The notes below the pieces were generated by a model. It was given only the letters and a program-made list of their open reading frames with translations. It was not told where the DNA came from and did no database searches. From Candidatus Latescibacterota bacterium (GTDB lineage Bacteria > Latescibacterota > UBA2968 > GCA-2709665), in NCBI GenBank assembly GCA_965205485.1, contig OZ242180.1, forward strand, positions 2,624,001-2,688,000: a DNA stretch of 64,000 nucleotides, given 5' to 3'. Numbering within the stretch: position 1 is the stretch's first letter; every line of letters begins with the position of its first letter. Positions 29,130 to 38,282 of this stretch are shown piece by piece. Both the position numbers and the translations under genes were made by a program.

Positions 29130-30104
29130 GTGTTGTCCTCCGCTCTGTTTCTCGCATTCGGCTTCGGTAGCGCCCTGTTGCTGACGCCTCTTCTTCGTGC
29201 CGTCGCGTTGCGCGCCTCGTGGTTGAATTCCGGCGCCGGAAAGGGTGCGGAGCCGGTTCCTCCCATCGGCGGCGTGGCCATCGCGATTGCAACCCTGCTG
29301 CTGCTTCCCTTTGCGCCGCTGTCGTTTCCAGCCGGCCTGTGGATCGGCGCGCTCGGAATGGGCGCGATCGGATTCTTCGACGACAAACGGCCGCTGTCGC
29401 CCTTCCAGAAGCTCGGGTTTCAGATATTCACGGTTGTCATTGCGGTCGGGGGCGGGCTTCGGTTCGACACAACGGGGAGTACCGTCGTTGACGCCGTGCT
29501 GACCGGCGTCTGGCTGGTCTGGATGTGTAACGCGTTTAACGTCCTCGACATGATGGACGGTCTTTCCGCTGGCGCCGGAGCCATTGCTTCTATCGGCCTT
29601 GCGGGTCTCGGGCTGGTTGGCGGTGCGGCGCCGGTTGTAATACTGGGCGCCAGCCTGGCGGGAGGTTTTCTGGGGTTTCTGGTATACAATGCCTATCCCG
29701 CCCGGGTCTACATGGGCGATGCCGGCAGTCTGTTTGCCGGGTTTGTGCTTGGCGCAATGTCTGTCGAGATTTCCAGAGCCATGACGGGCGTGCAGGGTGA
29801 ACTCTGCGCGATACTGGTGCTGGGGGTGCCCTGTTTCGAAGCCGTCTTCCTGTGTATCGTGAGGCGGAGGAAGGGCCTGCCCGTGATGAGGGCAAGCCGG
29901 GACCACGTTGCGCAACGGCTGGTCGGTATGGGATATTCAGTCAGGGGCGCGGTACGGCGTATTCACCTTGCCGGCGGGCTGCTGGCCCTGTGCGGAATCG
30001 TGGCGGCCGTCGTGCCGGCCGTGATTTGCTTCGCGATTATCGTTTGTGTGATTGTGGCGGCGGTATGGACCGGCGTGCGGTTGGCCCGTGTGGAGACCGC
30101 ATAA
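29130..30104 (+). CDS. WecA/MraY-family undecaprenyl-phosphate sugar-1-phosphate transferase
   Basis: PPIGGVAI, GFFDD, NAFNVLDMMDGL, YMGDAGS and RDHVAQRL motifs. Confidence 0.9.
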   Translation: MLSSALFLAFGFGSALLLTPLLRAVALRASWLNSGAGKGAEPVPPIGGVAIAIATLLLLPFAPLSFPAGLWIGALGMGAIGFFDDKRPLSPFQKLGFQIFTVVIAVGGGLRFDTTGSTVVDAVLTGVWLVWMCNAFNVLDMMDGLSAGAGAIASIGLAGLGLVGGAAPVVILGASLAGGFLGFLVYNAYPARVYMGDAGSLFAGFVLGAMSVEISRAMTGVQGELCAILVLGVPCFEAVFLCIVRRRKGLPVMRASRDHVAQRLVGMGYSVRGAVRRIHLAGGLLALCGIVAAVVPAVICFAIIVCVIVAAVWTGVRLARVETA

Positions 30105-30123
30105 ATGGTGAAGGAGCGGCCGG

Positions 30124-31578
30124 ATGGCCGACCTGCGTCGCACAACCGTCCGGGGTTTCTCGTGGACCAGCCTGGCACAGGGCTCCGGGTATCTGATTCA
30201 GGTGGGCGCGCTGGGGTTGGTGGTGCGGCATCTGAGCGAACCGTCCAGGGCTTTCGGTACGGAGGTCGCCGCAGCCACTCTCGTGGGCGTGGGGATACTG
30301 GCCTCGGAAATGGGTCTTGGAAGAGCCCTCATTCAGAAGCGCGATGCGCACGAAGCGCATCTGGCCGCGGCGTTCTGGATGGGCCTGACCGTCTCGTGTC
30401 CGCTGGCCGCCCTCCTCTATCTGACCGCCCGCTTCTGGGGCGGGCTTTTTTTTGCTGATCCACAGGTTTCCGCGGTTCTCCCGGCTATGGCGTCGGTGCT
30501 GGTCTTCGCGGGCATTGGTACCGTTCCCCGGGCACAGATGGAGCGTAACTTTCGCTTCGGACAGTTGGCGATTCTGGATGTCTTCGCGGCGGTCTCGAGC
30601 GGAATTGCGATGGTGTCGCTGGCCCTGTGGGGATTCGAGGTGTGGAGTCTCGTCTGGGCCTTTGTGGTCCGCCATGCGGTTCTGGGTCTGGGTCCCTGGA
30701 TTTTCTGCCCTTTCAACCCTGTCCGGTCCTTCAAGGCCGTGGATGCCCGGGTATTGATCGGGTTCGGAGGCAAGTGGACGGGTTCAAGGCTGGTGGGCTA
30801 TGTCCAGCAGAACCTGGACTATCTGCTGATCGGCAGATTCCTCGGGATCGAGGCGCTGGGCTATTACGGACTGGCGTACCGCCTCATCGCATTTCCGCAG
30901 ACCCGCGTGGTTCAGGCCGTTGCAAAGGTGACCTTTCCGGCCTTCTCCGCTCTCCAGGATGACGTCGTCCGGCTTGGCCGGGCCTATCTCTCCACTGTGA
31001 AGTACATCGCCATACTCGTGTTTCCGATTATGGCGGGATTCTTCCTTCTGGCGCATCCCGGGCTCGTATTGCTGTTCGAACCGGAGATGGCTCCCGCGAC
31101 GGTGGTACTTCAGGTACTCAGTCCGGCCGGAGCGCTTCGTTCCGTCGCGTCCCCCGCCGGATTGGTCTTTTCAGCCCTGGGCCGTACCGGTCTTGCGCTG
31201 ATATGGAATACCGCCTGCGCCGTCTTTATGCTCGCGGCACTTTGGATCGGCATCTCCGGTGGGATAACGGGAGCCGCGCTGGCGGTGAGCCTGGGCGTGC
31301 TGGTCCTGACCGTGGCTTCGCAGGGAATCGTGAACCGGCTGGCGCGGATTTCATTTGGAGAGTACCTCCGGGCGCTGTATCCCGGCGCGCTGGGCAGTGT
31401 ACTGATGACGGGGGTGGTAGCCGGTTACAAATGGCTGGTGACTGGCGTACTGCCCGATACCACGCTGGTTGCGTCCTGCGTTGTTGCTGGTGCGCTTGCC
31501 TACCCGCTCGCGCTACGTTTTTTCTCGGCCGGGACCGCCGCGGAGGCATTGCGTCTGGCCGGATTGATCCGGCGTTAG
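30124..31578 (+). CDS. Wzx-type polysaccharide flippase
   Basis: EMGLGRALIQ, DYLLIGRFLGIEALGYYGLAY and VTFPAFS motifs; many TM segments. Confidence 0.9.
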   Translation: MADLRRTTVRGFSWTSLAQGSGYLIQVGALGLVVRHLSEPSRAFGTEVAAATLVGVGILASEMGLGRALIQKRDAHEAHLAAAFWMGLTVSCPLAALLYLTARFWGGLFFADPQVSAVLPAMASVLVFAGIGTVPRAQMERNFRFGQLAILDVFAAVSSGIAMVSLALWGFEVWSLVWAFVVRHAVLGLGPWIFCPFNPVRSFKAVDARVLIGFGGKWTGSRLVGYVQQNLDYLLIGRFLGIEALGYYGLAYRLIAFPQTRVVQAVAKVTFPAFSALQDDVVRLGRAYLSTVKYIAILVFPIMAGFFLLAHPGLVLLFEPEMAPATVVLQVLSPAGALRSVASPAGLVFSALGRTGLALIWNTACAVFMLAALWIGISGGITGAALAVSLGVLVLTVASQGIVNRLARISFGEYLRALYPGALGSVLMTGVVAGYKWLVTGVLPDTTLVASCVVAGALAYPLALRFFSAGTAAEALRLAGLIRR

Positions 31579-31724
31579 CAGTCCGTTGATAAAGTCGCTC
31601 TGCAGGCGAGGTCGAAGACAAGGCGCGCAACCGAGTCCCATCCTGCGATTCGGCGAGGGAGCGCAACGCAGTATTTCGACCGCAAGAGCCGGCCGCAGCC
31701 CGGATGGACTTTTTCAACGGGCTG
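31579..31724. mobile_element. MITE family B, copy 2 (146 bp) with TTAG target-site duplication
   Basis: TIRs cagtccgttga / tcaacgggctg; ttag at 31575-31578 (includes the wzx stop) and at 31725-31728. Confidence 0.9.
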
Positions 31725-31731
31725 TTAGGAT

Positions 31732-32580
31732 ATGGATATGTCTCGACTGCCGGATTTCCTGATTATCGGCGCCCAGAAATGCGGAACGAGTTGGCTGGCG
31801 GCCATGCTGCGGCAGCACCCCGAGGTGTACATGCCCGAACAGGAGATTCACTTCTTCGACAAGGCCGGCAATTACGAAAAGGGGATGGATTGGTATACGA
31901 GTCATTTCTCGCGGGCTGAAGACAGCAGACGCGCAGGTGAGAAGACGCCGGATTATTTCTGGGCCGACGGACGGGGAGGTGAAGGTCATTTGCCGGACGT
32001 GCACCGGCATATTCACAGACATCTGCCCGATGTGAAACTGATCGTTACCCTCAAGAACCCGGTGGACCGGGCGGTCTCGGCGGTAAAGCATCTGATCAGG
32101 ACCGGCCGGATTTCACCTTTGCATCGAATGGACGATCTCCTGGCTGGCGAGAAATCCGTCCTGCTTGAAGGTTTCGGGGTGTTCGAGGTGGGGCGGTTCT
32201 TTACGTTGCTGACCGCCTATCTGAATCTCTTCAAACGGGATCAGATCCTGGTGCTATTTTTCGAGGAGGATATCGTACAGCACCCTGGCGAGGGCCTGAA
32301 GAAGGTCTGTGCGTTTCTGGAAATTGACGACGGCTTTCGGTTTTCGGGAATGGCGCAGAAGGTCAATCGATTCGACGCGTGTAAATTACACCTGATCGCC
32401 CGCTACTACTTCCCGATCCTGTCTCCGGTAACAAGCGTTCTGGGGCGCCTTTTGCCGGAGAGCGATTATCGCCCGGGCGAGCCCGTCCTTCGGCATCTGC
32501 ACGGACTCTACCGCGAAGAAAATCGCAGGTTGTTCGATCTTCTCGAACGGGAACCGGCTGAATCGTGGCTTGCACCCTGA
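31732..32580 (+). CDS. PAPS-dependent sulfotransferase (heparan-sulfate sulfotransferase-like)
   Basis: 5'-PSB loop PDFLIIGAQKCGTSWL; EIHFFD, GEKTPDY and 3'-PB LKNPVDRAVS motifs. Confidence 0.9.
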   Translation: MDMSRLPDFLIIGAQKCGTSWLAAMLRQHPEVYMPEQEIHFFDKAGNYEKGMDWYTSHFSRAEDSRRAGEKTPDYFWADGRGGEGHLPDVHRHIHRHLPDVKLIVTLKNPVDRAVSAVKHLIRTGRISPLHRMDDLLAGEKSVLLEGFGVFEVGRFFTLLTAYLNLFKRDQILVLFFEEDIVQHPGEGLKKVCAFLEIDDGFRFSGMAQKVNRFDACKLHLIARYYFPILSPVTSVLGRLLPESDYRPGEPVLRHLHGLYREENRRLFDLLEREPAESWLAP

Positions 32581-32612
32581 TATCGGGTTCACCGAAAATG
32601 CGCCGTTTTCCA

Positions 32613-32641
32613 TTGATTAGCCGAATTCCTGTGTTTATATT
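32613..32641 (+). promoter_or_regulatory. Putative internal promoter
   Basis: TTGATT, 17 nt spacer, TATATT; shares GTGTTTATATT with the promoter at 34101. Confidence 0.55.
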
Positions 32642-32645
32642 GTAT

Positions 32646-32858
32646 GAAGCTGTCTTAAAATTCCCTGCGGTCTTCGCGCGGCTGCAAAAGCGCCGGTCGG
32701 CGTTGGTCAAACCCGCCCAAGAGTGGCGAGGGGCGCGTAGCCACGATACATTAGTATATGTGCGGATTTTCCCGTCGGCGCTACGCGCCCCTCGCGCCTC
32801 ATAACCGCCGCTTTTTCGCTCGCGCTCGGGAACTCACCGGTAATTTTAAGACAGCTTC
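32646..32858. mobile_element. MITE family A, copy 4 (213 bp, inverted, with internal insertion)
   Basis: TIRs gaagctgtcttaaaatt / aattttaagacagcttc; reverse complement of copies 1-3. Confidence 0.9.
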
Positions 32859-32875
32859 TAAGGAGTCTTCCCGCC

Positions 32876-33964
32876 TTGAGAGTTTTTTTTGTCGCGCTCA
32901 CCGGGCCCCGGTTCGCCGCCAGCCGTACACGCGTGTTCAACTATCTCCCCTTCCTTAAAGCCAATGGCGTTGAAGCCGATGTATCGGTTGTATTGCCGGG
33001 TCGGATTGCCACCTGGACATACTCAAGGAGAGGCGTCGGGCGCCTGATCCACTATTTCTGGGTGTGGTGGCGCTCGCTCCTGGCGGGGCTGCGCACCCTG
33101 CGTTCCGCGCCCCGGTACCACGTTGTGTTTGTGCAGCGGGTTTTTTTCATCGCACCCGTCGCCTGGCTGTTGCGGCTCTTTTCAAAGAAAGTCATCTTCG
33201 ATTTCGACGACGCGATCTTTACCACCGAGGCGCCTTTTGAAGACTGGATATCGCGGCTCCGAACGTGGCACCACTCGCGAGGGTTGGCGCGGATGCTTCG
33301 GGCGGCATCCGGGGCCATTGTCGAAAACACCTACACGGCCGCCTATGCCGAACGGTATTGTCCCAGGGTTTCAATCATCACCGGGCCGATCGACACGCGG
33401 CGGTATTCGCCCGGCGCAGCGGTTGAGGAATGCGACGGCGTGGTTCTCGGCTGGATTGGAAGCTACACGTCCGCCCCGTATCTGGAACTGATCCGGGGTC
33501 CGTTGGCCGAGTTGGGGGTTCGCCACCCCCACCTGCGGCTCCGCCTGATCGGCGAGGGCGGTTTTTGCACCGATGCGGTGGCGATGGAATGGCGCCCCTG
33601 GTCCCTGCAAACCGAGGTTCAGGACCTGCGCGGCTTCGATATCGGCCTGATGCCGTTGCCCGACGATCCGTGGACCCGGGGAAAGGGCGGGTACAAGCTT
33701 CTGCAATACCTTTCGATGGGCATTCCTGCTGTAAGCAGCCCGGTGGGCATTAACCGTGAAATCGTGGAAGACGGTGTCAACGGCTTCTGTGCGGGCACCC
33801 ACGACGAATGGGTGTCCTGTCTGGATCGCCTGATTCAGGACCGTGCGCTTCGGCATCGGTTGGGCAAGGCCGGACGGGCGAAGATGGAAGCGTGTTATTC
33901 CCTGGACCGGAGCAGCCGGAGGCTGTTGCGTATCCTGAATTCGGCGGCCCGGGAACAGGTATGA
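32876..33964 (+). CDS. Family 4 glycosyltransferase
   Basis: ASRTRV, FDFDDAIF, GWIGS and DIGLMPL...GKGGYKLLQYLSMGIPAVSSPVG motifs; TTG start after aaggag. Confidence 0.9.
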   Translation: MRVFFVALTGPRFAASRTRVFNYLPFLKANGVEADVSVVLPGRIATWTYSRRGVGRLIHYFWVWWRSLLAGLRTLRSAPRYHVVFVQRVFFIAPVAWLLRLFSKKVIFDFDDAIFTTEAPFEDWISRLRTWHHSRGLARMLRAASGAIVENTYTAAYAERYCPRVSIITGPIDTRRYSPGAAVEECDGVVLGWIGSYTSAPYLELIRGPLAELGVRHPHLRLRLIGEGGFCTDAVAMEWRPWSLQTEVQDLRGFDIGLMPLPDDPWTRGKGGYKLLQYLSMGIPAVSSPVGINREIVEDGVNGFCAGTHDEWVSCLDRLIQDRALRHRLGKAGRAKMEACYSLDRSSRRLLRILNSAAREQV

Positions 33965-34082
33965 GCGGACGTCGTCGATCCTGTTTCGATGACGATCTTG
34001 CCGGACCGGCATTGCGCTCGCCGGGGAGTTACGCGTTCAGCGTCCGATGCGGTGGCACACATTTATTCGACTCACTTATAAT

Positions 34083-34131
34083 TGTAAGATAACTTTTACA
34101 TTGCCGGTTTATCACAGGGTGTTTATATTTG
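34083..34131 (+). promoter_or_regulatory. Putative promoter with an adjacent TGTAA-N8-TTACA palindrome
   Basis: Palindrome at 34083-34100 abuts TTGCCG (34101-34106), 17 nt spacer, TATATT(TG) (34124-34131). Confidence 0.55.
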
Positions 34132-34200
34132 AAACGCTGATTCCGGCGCCGGAGCACGTTTATCCAATCCGATCATGGTGGTTCCACCCGTGGCGTCGGC

Positions 34201-35424
34201 ATGCCGGCGGGTCATTCGCCGGCGCGCACGCCGATTCAACTGGTTCAAATTATCGATCGCCTTAACGTTGGCGGCCCAACCCCCTATCTGCTCTTTCTTT
34301 CCAGGGCGTTGGAGTCCAGGGGTTATCGTTCCACCGTGGTCAAGGGCCAGGTCGCGCCCGGCGAAGCTGAAATGGATGACGTGATCCGCCGTTCCGGAAT
34401 TCAACCCCTGGAGATGCGCGGGTTCAGCCGGGCGATTGTACCGATTCGCGATTTCAGGGTGCTCGTGGCGCTGTATCGGCTGTTGAGGCGTGTACGCCCG
34501 GAGATTGTCCACACCCACAAGTCGAAAGCGGGCGTCGTCGGTCGTATCGCGGCATGGCTGGCCGGCGTACCGATAACGCTGCATACGTTTCACGGTCTGG
34601 TCTTCAAAGGCTATTTTTCGGCCTGGAAGACCGGCCTGATCCTGCTTGTCGAGCGGTTGCTCGCCCGCCGCACCGATGTTCTCGTTGCCGTCTCGGAACT
34701 GCAACGCGATGAACTCCTGGCGGATCGTATCGCGGCGCCTTCCCGTATCTGCACCGTTCCGTTGGGTGTGGACCTGGTGCCGTTTCTGAACCGTCAAAGG
34801 GGCGACGCGGGTTTCCGCGAGGAACTGGGTTTCGGCGCTTCAACGAGACTTGTCGGTATTGTTGCACGGCTTGTGCCAATCAAGGGCGTGGACGTCTTCC
34901 TGTCGGCGGCCGGGCAGGTGGCGGATGCCCTGCCCGACGTCCGGTTTGTCGTGATTGGCGACGGTGAGTTGCGGGCCGAACTTGAGTCCACGGCAGGAGA
35001 AACAAAACTCGGGGACAGGGTACGGTTTACGGGTTTTCGGGACGACATGGCCCGGATATACGGTTCCCTCGATCTCTCGGTGCTGTCTTCGCATCACGAG
35101 GGGTTGCCGGTTGCGCTGCTGGAGTCGGTGGCATGCGGTTGTTACGTGGTTGCCACGCGGGTGGGCGGCGTGCCCGATTTGCTTCGGAGCGAGAGGATTG
35201 GCCTGATGGTCGCGCCAGGGGACACCAGGGCGCTTGCCGCAGGGATTCAGAGGGTGTTACGGGAGCGGCGGAAGATTTCCGTTGAAGAGCGGCGTAGAAT
35301 CGTTGAATCGTACGGGATGAAAAGATTGGCGGAAGATTTCAGCCACCTCTATCGTAAGCTATCCGAAAACAAGCGGACCGGAGGCGGTTCTCCGGGAGAC
35401 TGCTGGGAAGGGAAGTACGCATGA
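34201..35424 (+). CDS. Family 4 glycosyltransferase
   Basis: RLNVGGP, VHTHKSKAG, HTFHG and SHHEGLPVALLESVACG (EX7E) motifs. Confidence 0.92.
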   Translation: MPAGHSPARTPIQLVQIIDRLNVGGPTPYLLFLSRALESRGYRSTVVKGQVAPGEAEMDDVIRRSGIQPLEMRGFSRAIVPIRDFRVLVALYRLLRRVRPEIVHTHKSKAGVVGRIAAWLAGVPITLHTFHGLVFKGYFSAWKTGLILLVERLLARRTDVLVAVSELQRDELLADRIAAPSRICTVPLGVDLVPFLNRQRGDAGFREELGFGASTRLVGIVARLVPIKGVDVFLSAAGQVADALPDVRFVVIGDGELRAELESTAGETKLGDRVRFTGFRDDMARIYGSLDLSVLSSHHEGLPVALLESVACGCYVVATRVGGVPDLLRSERIGLMVAPGDTRALAAGIQRVLRERRKISVEERRRIVESYGMKRLAEDFSHLYRKLSENKRTGGGSPGDCWEGKYA

Positions 35425-36395
35425 AGGTGTTGATTACCGGCGGGGCGGGGTTTATTGGATCACACCTGGCCGAACGGCATTTGAGACGCGGCGACGAGGT
35501 TGCCGTACTCGACGATCTTTCCACCGGAGACTACAACAATATCCACCACCTTGAGTCCAATCCCCGGTTCAACATCAAGGTTGGCACGATACTGGAGTCG
35601 GATACGCTGCGTCCTCTGGTGGAATGGTGCGATACGATCTATCACCTGGCCGCTGCGGTGGGCGTGAATTATATCATCGACAATCCGCTGCATTCTTTGA
35701 CAACCAATATCCGGGGCACCGAAATCGTCCTGGAACTCGCCAACAAGGACAAGAAGCGCGTCATGCTCGCATCGACGTCGGAGGTGTACGGAAAGAAGAA
35801 CGGAAAGGTTTCTTTCCAGGAAAACGACGATCGGCTGCTGGGGCCTATAACCGTCGACCGTTGGATCTATTCCACGACAAAGGCGGTGGACGAGATGCTG
35901 GGCCTGTCGTATTGGCGTGAAAAGAAACTGCCGATGCTCATCGTACGGTTTTTCAACGTGATTGGGCCCCGGCAGACCGGCGACTACGGGATGGTTGTAC
36001 CGCGAATGGTCAAGCAGGCGCTCCTGGGCCACCCCATTACCGTCTATGGCGACGGGGAACAGCGGCGCTGCTTCACGGATATCGAAGACGCTCTGGACGG
36101 CCTGGTTGCGCTGGCCGAACATCCCGATACGCCGGGTGAGATCTTCAATCTGGGCGGGAATGTGGAGACCAACGAAACCAGCATTGTAAAGCTGGCGCAC
36201 AAGGTCAAGGCACTGACGGAAAGCGATGCCCCCATTGAATTCGTGCCTTACGACAAGGCATTCGCAAAGGGATCGTACGAAGACCTCAACTATCGGGTGC
36301 CGGACCTCTCCAAAATCAGATCGTTCGTGAATTACGAGCCGAAGATGAGCCTCGACAACACCCTCCGGCGCATCATCAACTATTTCGAATCCTAG
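35421..36395 (+). CDS. NAD-dependent nucleotide-sugar epimerase/dehydratase (extended SDR)
   Basis: TGGAGFIGSHL, HLAAAVG, ASTSEVYG, YSTTK (YxxxK) and RFFNVIGPRQ motifs. Confidence 0.93.
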   Translation: MKVLITGGAGFIGSHLAERHLRRGDEVAVLDDLSTGDYNNIHHLESNPRFNIKVGTILESDTLRPLVEWCDTIYHLAAAVGVNYIIDNPLHSLTTNIRGTEIVLELANKDKKRVMLASTSEVYGKKNGKVSFQENDDRLLGPITVDRWIYSTTKAVDEMLGLSYWREKKLPMLIVRFFNVIGPRQTGDYGMVVPRMVKQALLGHPITVYGDGEQRRCFTDIEDALDGLVALAEHPDTPGEIFNLGGNVETNETSIVKLAHKVKALTESDAPIEFVPYDKAFAKGSYEDLNYRVPDLSKIRSFVNYEPKMSLDNTLRRIINYFES

Positions 36396-36441
36396 TCCGT
36401 CGATCGTCGGCACAAGGGTTCGCGCACCAGGGTCGCATTAA

Positions 36442-36540
36442 CTGTCCGTTGATAAAGTCGCTCTGCAGGCGAGGCCGAACAACGCAGTATTTCGACCGCA
36501 AGAGCCGGCCGTAGCCCGGATGGGCTTTTTCAACGGACTG
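36442..36540. mobile_element. MITE family B, copy 3 (99 bp, internally deleted) with TTAA target-site duplication
   Basis: Ends ctgtccgttga / tcaacggactg; ttaa at 36438-36441 and 36541-36544. Confidence 0.88.
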
Positions 36541-36585
36541 TTAAGGGCCGGGGGCGCTCGCGATCCGACATATGAGAATTCGTCA

Positions 36586-36658
36586 ACTGGCGTTAGACCG
36601 TCCGAAGCCCACTGTCGGCATGGACGGGGCTGGGCGTACGCCGGTTTTTTTTATTTTT
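36586..36658 (+). terminator. Terminator-like hairpin after the epimerase
   Basis: actggcgt/acgccggt outer stem and ccgtcc/ggacgg inner stem, followed by a long T tract. Confidence 0.55.
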
Positions 36659-36678
36659 ATGTCTTCCTGGGAGTCGCC

Positions 36679-38277
36679 TTGAGGGAATTCCGTTCCTCCG
36701 GCTGGACCTGCGCGGGCGTTCTGGCGTTCGGGTTGGCCGCCGTTGTGATCGCGTGGCTGTCCTCCGGCGTGTCGCTGCTGGACGACGACTGGGGACACCT
36801 CCGTTTGTGCGAGGAGGGATTGCGATCGATTCTTACCACCGGCTGGACCGGGCTCACGGGTGCCGGCGGATACTATCGGCCGGTTGTCGCCCTGACGCTT
36901 TACGGCACCTTTCTGCTGTCTGAATACGATCCGCTTCCACATCACGTTGTCAACGTATTGATCCACTGTTTCTGCGGGATTCTGGTCTATCTGGCCGCGC
37001 GGCGTCTGCTCAAGGGGGCGTTGGCCGCCTGGACGGCGCTCTTTCTCTTCTTTGTGTTGCCCATCCACGTCGATACCGTATTCTGGATAGTGGGCCGCAC
37101 GGACTCGGTGTGTGCGCTGTTCTATCTGTCCGCGCTTCTCCTGTTTCTGGCCTACCTGGAACGCCCGTCTCCGGGGCTGCTCCTGGGTGCGGGCCTGTGT
37201 TCCTTGCTGGCATTTTTTTCGAAGGAAATGGCGCTGTCCCTGCCGGTCGTCCTGTTGATCCTGTTCTGTCATGACGGGACGGTCCGATCCGCCATGGCGC
37301 GCAGGGCGCTGGTGTGCTGTGTCACAGCCCTGGGCATCTACCTGTGCGCGCGCTGGATCGTTCTGGGCGGTATACTCACCGGGATTCCGGATCGGAACCT
37401 GACGCTGCCCGGTCTCGGTCTGGACGTGCTCAAGTCGGGCGCGAAATTGGGGATGACGGATTACCGGCTTTTCGGCGTTGTTCTGCTGGTGGCAACCGTC
37501 GTCGTGTTCTGGTTGTCCGGACGGCCGCGCCGGGTGCTTCGGGACACGCTGTACCTTGGCGGGATGACCCTGGTCAGCCTGGCGCCCGTTCTGGGAAGGG
37601 TCCACCGATGGTATCTCTACCTGCCTTCCGTGTTCTTCTGCATTGCGGTTGCGAATGTCTGGACGGCGTGGCAGCCGGACCGCAAGGCTGTCCTGCGCTG
37701 CAGGAACCTGCTTCTGTCGGCGTTGGTCGGTTACTATGGCCTGGTGCTTGCACGCGAGGGGTGGTTCTGGCGGGAAGCTTCCGTTCTGAGTGAGAACGTC
37801 CTGAATACGCTGGCGCCGCTCACGAAAGAAGACAGAGGAACACTTTACGTCCTCAACGTACCATCGGCATTGAGTCCGCGGGGCAGCCTCGGAGAAATAC
37901 CGCTGTACGCATTCGGATTGAGCAATGCGCTGGCAGTCCGGTCCGGCGCTGAAACGCCCGTGGTGGTCGTGAACCATTGCTGGCTTACGGATCCTGCCGG
38001 CTTTGAGACCGGGGTCACGCGGCTTGGTCCCACGCACTGGCGAATCGACGTCAGGAGCGGCGGTTATTTCTCCGCGCACGGGCAGGCGGACGCCGGATCG
38101 TTGTACGGGGCAGACGGCAGGCTGCGCCCCACAGCGATAAGGAAGCCGTGGGGCGAATCCCGGTATCACGGCCCGCGAAGGGCGGAGTTTGTAGTCGAAA
38201 CGGGCCGGCACGACCGCGCGGTGATATTCGACCGCGGAGGGATCGGCGGATTGCGCCTTCAAAACGAAACAAGGTAA
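36679..38277 (+). CDS. TMTC-like GT-C membrane glycosyltransferase (no TPR region recognised)
   Basis: LDDDW, YYRP, HHVVNVLIH, LPIHVDTVFWIVGRTD, SKE and WYLYLP motifs. Start set at TTG 36679 (RBS gggag), because the ORF-track start lies inside a MITE. Confidence 0.72.
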   Translation: MREFRSSGWTCAGVLAFGLAAVVIAWLSSGVSLLDDDWGHLRLCEEGLRSILTTGWTGLTGAGGYYRPVVALTLYGTFLLSEYDPLPHHVVNVLIHCFCGILVYLAARRLLKGALAAWTALFLFFVLPIHVDTVFWIVGRTDSVCALFYLSALLLFLAYLERPSPGLLLGAGLCSLLAFFSKEMALSLPVVLLILFCHDGTVRSAMARRALVCCVTALGIYLCARWIVLGGILTGIPDRNLTLPGLGLDVLKSGAKLGMTDYRLFGVVLLVATVVVFWLSGRPRRVLRDTLYLGGMTLVSLAPVLGRVHRWYLYLPSVFFCIAVANVWTAWQPDRKAVLRCRNLLLSALVGYYGLVLAREGWFWREASVLSENVLNTLAPLTKEDRGTLYVLNVPSALSPRGSLGEIPLYAFGLSNALAVRSGAETPVVVVNHCWLTDPAGFETGVTRLGPTHWRIDVRSGGYFSAHGQADAGSLYGADGRLRPTAIRKPWGESRYHGPRRAEFVVETGRHDRAVIFDRGGIGGLRLQNETR

Positions 38278-38282
38278 AGTAC

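Noticed and set aside
36520..36678. ORF-track start of the TMTC-like gene
   Set aside because: The ATG lies inside a MITE and the extension crosses a terminator-like T tract.
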